Shown: positions 59,262-64,000 of the stretch, piece by piece
Position numbering within the stretch: the first letter of the stretch is position 1
Layout: every line of letters begins with the position of its first letter
From: Minisyncoccia bacterium
Lineage (GTDB): Bacteria; Patescibacteriota; Minisyncoccia; Phycocordibacterales; Phycocordibacteraceae
Assembly: GCA_050011835.1 (NCBI GenBank)
Contig: JBEKII010000002.1
Location: forward strand, 76,173 to 140,172
Direction: 5' to 3'
Length of the DNA stretch: 64,000 bases
Program-made: the position numbers and the translations under genes
Notes under the pieces: generated by a model
The model's database searches: none
Told to the model about the DNA's origin: nothing
What the model saw: only the letters and a program-made list of their open reading frames with translations

Positions 59262-62012
59262 ATGAAAAAGTATATCCTCGGTGCCATTTTCTCCTTCGGC
59301 GTTCTTGTCCCATCAACATTCGCTCAAGCAGCAATCCTCTCAAATTCGCAAATTCAATCAATCCTCTCGCTTCTTTCTTCATTTGGTGCAGACAGTGCAA
59401 CAATAGCGAATGTCCGATCGGTACTTGTTGGTGGCACATCGGCTCACACACTTTCTTCTTCAGGAACAACCCAAAACATCAAAAGTTATGATGTAGTTAT
59501 TTACGGAGGCACAAGTGCCGGAGTAACCGCAGCAGTAGAAGCCGCTAGAACGGGGGAAACCGTAGCCATCATAGAACCCAGCAATCATCTCGGCGGTATG
59601 ACGTCAAATGGGCTGGGAGCCACGGATATCGGTAACCTGCAAACTGTGGGCGGAATCGCAAAAGAATTTTATCAGGACGTTCTTTCTTATTATAACAATT
59701 CGGCTAATTGGCAGTACGGGCAAAATTTCGACGCCTACAAAAACTTAGCAGCGAATTTCGGATATGTCGGCACAGACACTATGATGAGTTTCGAACCGCA
59801 TGTCGCGGAAAATATCTTTAAGCAATTCATTCAAACCTACAACATACCCGTTTTCTACGGGCAGAGACTGAACCTTGATTCTGGCGTAACCAAAAGCGGC
59901 AGCACCATTACACAAATCGTCATGGAGTCGGGAATGATTTTTAAGGCTCAAATGTTTATTGATGCGTCGTATGAAGGTGACCTGATGGCGAAAGCAGGAG
60001 TGTCTTATACCGTTGGCCGGGAGTCAGATAGCATCTATGGGGAAACGCTTAATGGCGTGATTTTTAATCCAAACGGTCCCCATCAATTTGCATCTTCAGT
60101 TGACCCGTATGTTATTAAGGGCAATCCCTCGAGCGGTTTATTGCCGGGAATAAATTCAAATCCCGGGACGAGTGGCCAAGGCGACAATAAAGTACAGGCA
60201 TATAATTTCAGATTATGCACGACCGACGTGCCTCAAAATGCTATTCCCTGGTCTAAGCCGGCTGGATATGACCCCAGCAGATACGAATTGCTTTTGCGTT
60301 ATTTTGACTCCGGTTACGGCAGCAATGTGCAAAGCTCCGACTTTGGTTATAACCCAGGTACACCGTGGGCCTTTCTGCCTATGCCAAACCTCAAAACAGA
60401 TACAAATAACAACGGTCCCTTTTCTACTGACAACATTGGAATGAATTACGATTACCCCGATGGGGATTACACCACCAGAGAAAATATAATTCGCGACCAA
60501 ATTTCCTATCAGCAAGGCCTGTTTTGGACGCTCGCGACGAATCCGAGGGTTCCCCAAAATATCAGGAATGAAATAAATAAATGGGGGCTTTGCAAGGATG
60601 AATTTACCGATAACGGAGGATGGCCAGATCAAATATACGTACGAGAGGGAAGGAGAATGATATCGGATTATGTGATGACGGAAAGTAATTCCAATGGCAG
60701 TAGAAATGCTAGCGATTCCGTAGGGATGGGTTCGTATCCCATAGATTCCCATAATGTGCAGAGATATTTGACGAGCGGAGGAACAGTCCAGAACGAAGGC
60801 GACTTAGTTGGCCTGTCCGGTACGAACTTGGCCGCACCGTATCCCATAAGTTACCGCTCCATCGTTCCTAAAAAGCAAGAAGTAACAAATCTTTTGGACC
60901 CCGTCACTCTCTCGGCCAGCCATGTGGCGTATGGTTCAATGCGAACGGAACCCATATTGATGATTCTTGGCCAAAGTGCGGGAGCTGCCGCGTCTATCGC
61001 AATTGATGACAATGTGGCTGTCCAGAATGTTAACTACAATGAATTAAAACAACAGCTTGTTCATGATGGTCAAATATTAGGCACGGGAGGTCCTGCGGCT
61101 GCCGTTCACTGTCAAAGATGCAGCGTGAATAGTTCCTATCAATGGGTGAATTTTGATTCTACTGACTCCTCCTGCGCTTCAGTTGTTCCTTCTACCAATC
61201 CCGTAACAAGGACCTGCAATTGCAGTTGTCCGGGCAATGTGGGCAACTCTTATCCGCCGGATTGTAGTGCGCAATGCAAAGCGTGCACTGACACCACATG
61301 GTCTCCTGATCCTTCCACGGTTTGCTCTGGCCAATCCTTTACCCAAACGAGCAACTGCGGTACGACCAGAACAGCGGCAGGCACCGAAAATTGTGCGCCG
61401 GTATCTGTCCACTGTGGAAGATGCAGCACGGTGATGTCCTATCAGTGGGCGAGCTTTGATTCTACCGACCCCACCTGCGCCACGGTCGTTCCTTCCACCA
61501 ATCCGGTCACAAGAACCTGCAACTGCAGCTGCCCGGGCGGCTTAAGCAATACGCTCTACCCGCCGAATTGCAGCAGCCAGTGCACAGCACCCTCTGTCGT
61601 TAACGTTTCCGGAGTGTGGAACAAAACAGCGGGAACGGTTCAAAGTGTTTGGACATTGTCTCAGTCCGGATCTTCAGTCAGTGGAACCAGCAGTAGCGGA
61701 GCCACTATCACTTCAGGAAGTATCGGACCAGATGGACACTCTATCTCACTAACTTGGAGTAATGGGTACCGCTTTAACGCGACGGTTTCAAGCGATGGGA
61801 ATAGTATGAGCGGCACGCAGACCAATCCCGACGGTACTTCCGGCGGAACATGGTCAGCCACGAGATCTACGGCTAGCTTCCTTGGCGGCACCAAACAAAC
61901 AGCCAATGCGCTGGGCGCCTTGAACAGCTCGAGTGGCTCACAGCCAACGGCGCGAGGAGGCTTCCTCAACGCTGTCGGCGGATTCTTCTCTCGCCTTGTC
62001 GGGTCTTTCTAA
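59262..62012 (+). CDS. Large secreted protein with an FAD-dependent oxidoreductase-like domain, tandem Cys-rich repeats and a conserved C-terminal tail
   Basis: 916 aa. Signal peptide plus the conserved leader (AAILSNSQIQSILSLLSSFGADSAT). VVIYGGTSAGVTAAVEAA dinucleotide-binding motif. Two ~100-aa Cys-rich repeats. C-terminal GGFLNAVGGFFSRLVGSF. Confidence 0.6.
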   Translation: MKKYILGAIFSFGVLVPSTFAQAAILSNSQIQSILSLLSSFGADSATIANVRSVLVGGTSAHTLSSSGTTQNIKSYDVVIYGGTSAGVTAAVEAARTGETVAIIEPSNHLGGMTSNGLGATDIGNLQTVGGIAKEFYQDVLSYYNNSANWQYGQNFDAYKNLAANFGYVGTDTMMSFEPHVAENIFKQFIQTYNIPVFYGQRLNLDSGVTKSGSTITQIVMESGMIFKAQMFIDASYEGDLMAKAGVSYTVGRESDSIYGETLNGVIFNPNGPHQFASSVDPYVIKGNPSSGLLPGINSNPGTSGQGDNKVQAYNFRLCTTDVPQNAIPWSKPAGYDPSRYELLLRYFDSGYGSNVQSSDFGYNPGTPWAFLPMPNLKTDTNNNGPFSTDNIGMNYDYPDGDYTTRENIIRDQISYQQGLFWTLATNPRVPQNIRNEINKWGLCKDEFTDNGGWPDQIYVREGRRMISDYVMTESNSNGSRNASDSVGMGSYPIDSHNVQRYLTSGGTVQNEGDLVGLSGTNLAAPYPISYRSIVPKKQEVTNLLDPVTLSASHVAYGSMRTEPILMILGQSAGAAASIAIDDNVAVQNVNYNELKQQLVHDGQILGTGGPAAAVHCQRCSVNSSYQWVNFDSTDSSCASVVPSTNPVTRTCNCSCPGNVGNSYPPDCSAQCKACTDTTWSPDPSTVCSGQSFTQTSNCGTTRTAAGTENCAPVSVHCGRCSTVMSYQWASFDSTDPTCATVVPSTNPVTRTCNCSCPGGLSNTLYPPNCSSQCTAPSVVNVSGVWNKTAGTVQSVWTLSQSGSSVSGTSSSGATITSGSIGPDGHSISLTWSNGYRFNATVSSDGNSMSGTQTNPDGTSGGTWSATRSTASFLGGTKQTANALGALNSSSGSQPTARGGFLNAVGGFFSRLVGSF

Positions 62013-62032
62013 TTCCTGCTATACTTTCAGAT

Positions 62033-62596
62033 ATGTCTACCACAATAATCGTTGTTATCATCGTCCTCGTACTTATCGTGCTCTGGATTGCCGGTTCTTA
62101 TAATCACCTTATTACGCTTACCAATCGCGCGAAAGAATCGTGGGCCGATATTCAGGTGCAACTGAAACGTCGCTATGACCTCATACCGAACCTCGTTCAA
62201 ACAGTGAAGGGCTACGCCGCGCATGAATCCAGGGCTTTTGAGAATGTAACGAAGGCGCGCGCGGCCGCGATGGGTGCAACGAGTACTGCGGACAAAGTGC
62301 AGGCGGAAAACCAGCTCACTGGTGCATTGAAAACGCTTTTTGCCGTTTCCGAAGCCTATCCGGACCTCAAAGCGAATCAAAACTTCTTGCAGCTTCAGCA
62401 AGAGCTCGGCGATACTGAGGATAAGATTCAAGCCGCCCGCCGCTTCTATAACACGACCGTGATGACTCTCAATACTGCTGCGCAGTCTTTCCCCGGCAAC
62501 ATCATCGCATCTTCGTTCGGTTTCAAGCTGATGGACCTTTTTGAACTTGCGAGTTCTGACCAGGCCGCAAACGAACCAGTAAAAGTGCAATTCTAA
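62033..62596 (+). CDS. lemA: LemA-family protein
   Basis: 187 aa. N-terminal TM helix and LemA core. Confidence 0.75.
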   Translation: MSTTIIVVIIVLVLIVLWIAGSYNHLITLTNRAKESWADIQVQLKRRYDLIPNLVQTVKGYAAHESRAFENVTKARAAAMGATSTADKVQAENQLTGALKTLFAVSEAYPDLKANQNFLQLQQELGDTEDKIQAARRFYNTTVMTLNTAAQSFPGNIIASSFGFKLMDLFELASSDQAANEPVKVQF

Positions 62597-63499
62597 ATGG
62601 ATCTCTATAAACAAAAATCAAGCAACATTCGCCGGACTTGGGCGCTCGTGCTCGGATTCCTCATCGTGGTCATCGCGGTTGGCTACGCAATCTCGTGGTA
62701 CTACGATAATCCATCCATTCTCGTTATCGCAGTCATTATCGCCGTGGCGACGAATTTCTATGCGTACTGGTCTTCGGACAAATTGGTGCTTTCCTTGAAT
62801 CATGCACGGCCAGCTTCGCGCACGGAATTTTTTGATTTCTATACCGTGACGGAAAATCTCTCTATCACCGCGGGACTACCGATGCCGAAACTGTATGTGA
62901 TTGATGACCCGGCACCGAATGCGTTCGCGACCGGCCGCGACGAGAAGCATGCCGTAGTTTGTGCGACGACCGGGTTACTTCGGATGATGAACCGTACCGA
63001 GCTGGAAGGCGTTATTGGCCATGAGCTCTCGCATATCAAGAATCGCGACATGCTTCTGATGACGGTTGCGGTTGTCCTCGCGGGTTTCGTCGCTCTCGCA
63101 GCGAATATATTTCTGCGCTTTTCTTTCTTTGGTGGCGGACGGCGCGATAATAGGGGAAATGGAAATGCGATTCTCTTGATTCTCGCGATTGTCGGCATCA
63201 TACTCGCGCCCATCGCCGCGAAACTTATAGAACTCGCCGTCTCGCGTCGACGCGAATACCTCGCGGACGCCTCGGGCGCCTTACTCACGCGCTATCCCGA
63301 AGGCCTCGCCTCCGCGCTCCAAAAAATCGGCAATGATACAATGCCGATGCGGAGCGCCAACCTCGCAACGGCGCACCTCTTTATCGGTGACCCGTTTGGC
63401 GCGAAGGCCGGTGGCACGAACGGCTGGGTTGAAAGATTATTTTCAACGCATCCGCCTATTCCCGAACGTATTAAAGCGCTTCTCAGTTCGGGAGCGTGA
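62597..63499 (+). CDS. htpX: M48-family zinc metalloprotease (HtpX-like)
   Basis: HELSHI zinc motif and multiple TM helices. The lemA-htpX gene pair is common. Confidence 0.8.
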   Translation: MDLYKQKSSNIRRTWALVLGFLIVVIAVGYAISWYYDNPSILVIAVIIAVATNFYAYWSSDKLVLSLNHARPASRTEFFDFYTVTENLSITAGLPMPKLYVIDDPAPNAFATGRDEKHAVVCATTGLLRMMNRTELEGVIGHELSHIKNRDMLLMTVAVVLAGFVALAANIFLRFSFFGGGRRDNRGNGNAILLILAIVGIILAPIAAKLIELAVSRRREYLADASGALLTRYPEGLASALQKIGNDTMPMRSANLATAHLFIGDPFGAKAGGTNGWVERLFSTHPPIPERIKALLSSGA

Positions 63500-63531
63500 T
63501 AAACGTTTTTCTGATATAACGGTTTCCATAC

Positions 63532-63618
63532 GGAGGCGTCGCATAGCGGTCTAGTGCACCGCCTTGGAAAGGCGGCAGGCTCGAAAGGGTCTCGAGAGTT
63601 CGAATCTCTCCGCCTCCG
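63532..63618 (+). tRNA. tRNA-Ser(GGA), with a long variable arm
   Basis: GGAGGCG...CCGCC-TTGGAAA-GGCGG...long arm...GAGAG-TTCGAAT-CTCTC-CGCCTCC-G. Confidence 0.75.
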
Positions 63619-63695
63619 CAAAGAGATTCGAACTTTTTTAATGGCGCCAGAGGGACCGAGACAATTCGGATATTATTCTCCTCACGATTTTTTGA

Positions 63696-63977
63696 TTAAC
63701 GACGAGCCTTCATCAGAAAGACGACTAATTCCCCTATTAACGCGCTGACTGATTCTGGCGATATTGAAAGTGTTTTTGGAGATACAAGCTCATCGACCGC
63801 TTCCATAAAGGAATGTTGTTCAACGGTAAATCCTCTTTCTTCAAAAAATACTTGCGCCTCTATTTTATTTCTAAAATAATTTTTGTCTCTGTTGATGCCG
63901 GTCATCTTTTCTACCGCGCTTGATCTTTCCCGCATTTCTTTACTTTGCCCTGTAATTCGCTCAAGAATACTAGCCAC
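63696..63977 (-). CDS. Hypothetical small protein (near the window edge)
   Basis: 93-aa ORF. No motif recognised. Confidence 0.25.
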   Translation of the reverse strand: MASILERITGQSKEMRERSSAVEKMTGINRDKNYFRNKIEAQVFFEERGFTVEQHSFMEAVDELVSPKTLSISPESVSALIGELVVFLMKARR

Positions 63978-64000
63978 TGGTATGTCAGGGGTTATCCAAA

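Overview
This 64-kb window looks like part of a small-genome, Patescibacteria/CPR-like bacterium with roughly 50% GC. The evidence is a secretin-less type IV pilus and competence cluster, a free-standing LAGLIDADG endonuclease, a tRNA-Ile(UAU), and many low-complexity secreted surface proteins.

Core genes present: the groEL 3' end, pilMNO-pilB-RR-pilT-pilC, four tandem pilins, pilD, four minor pilins, ligA, gatC, gatA, a PurD-like gene, a histidine kinase, an SDR gene, typA, a 3-methyladenine DNA glycosylase, a pyrE-like gene, pyrF, smpB with tmRNA, ftsH, recG, lemA/htpX, and five tRNAs.

The main accessory region runs from about 21.4 to 35.9 kb, downstream of tRNA-Met(CAU). It carries a diversity-generating retroelement (DGR). 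The DGR has a reverse transcriptase with the IGxxxSQ motif, a divergently oriented Avd gene, and a template/variable repeat pair with adenine-biased mismatches at the 3' end of a 301-aa target gene. A (CT)15 microsatellite sits inside the RT ORF. Next to the DGR is an island built around a large serine recombinase. Its cargo includes a P-loop replication-like ATPase, iteron-like repeats, and a secreted surface protein. Further segments carry a Fic protein and a secreted hydrolase-like protein. These segments are separated by at least five copies of an att-like core, CAACACGGTTGTGA, derived from the tRNA-Met 3' end. This pattern suggests serial integrations at that tRNA.

Other notable structures are two tandem ~360-bp small-ORF modules that each duplicate the recG 3' end, leader and tail motifs shared among secreted proteins, and several candidate structured RNAs. 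All calls rest on reading the sequence and ORF translations by eye. No database search was run.
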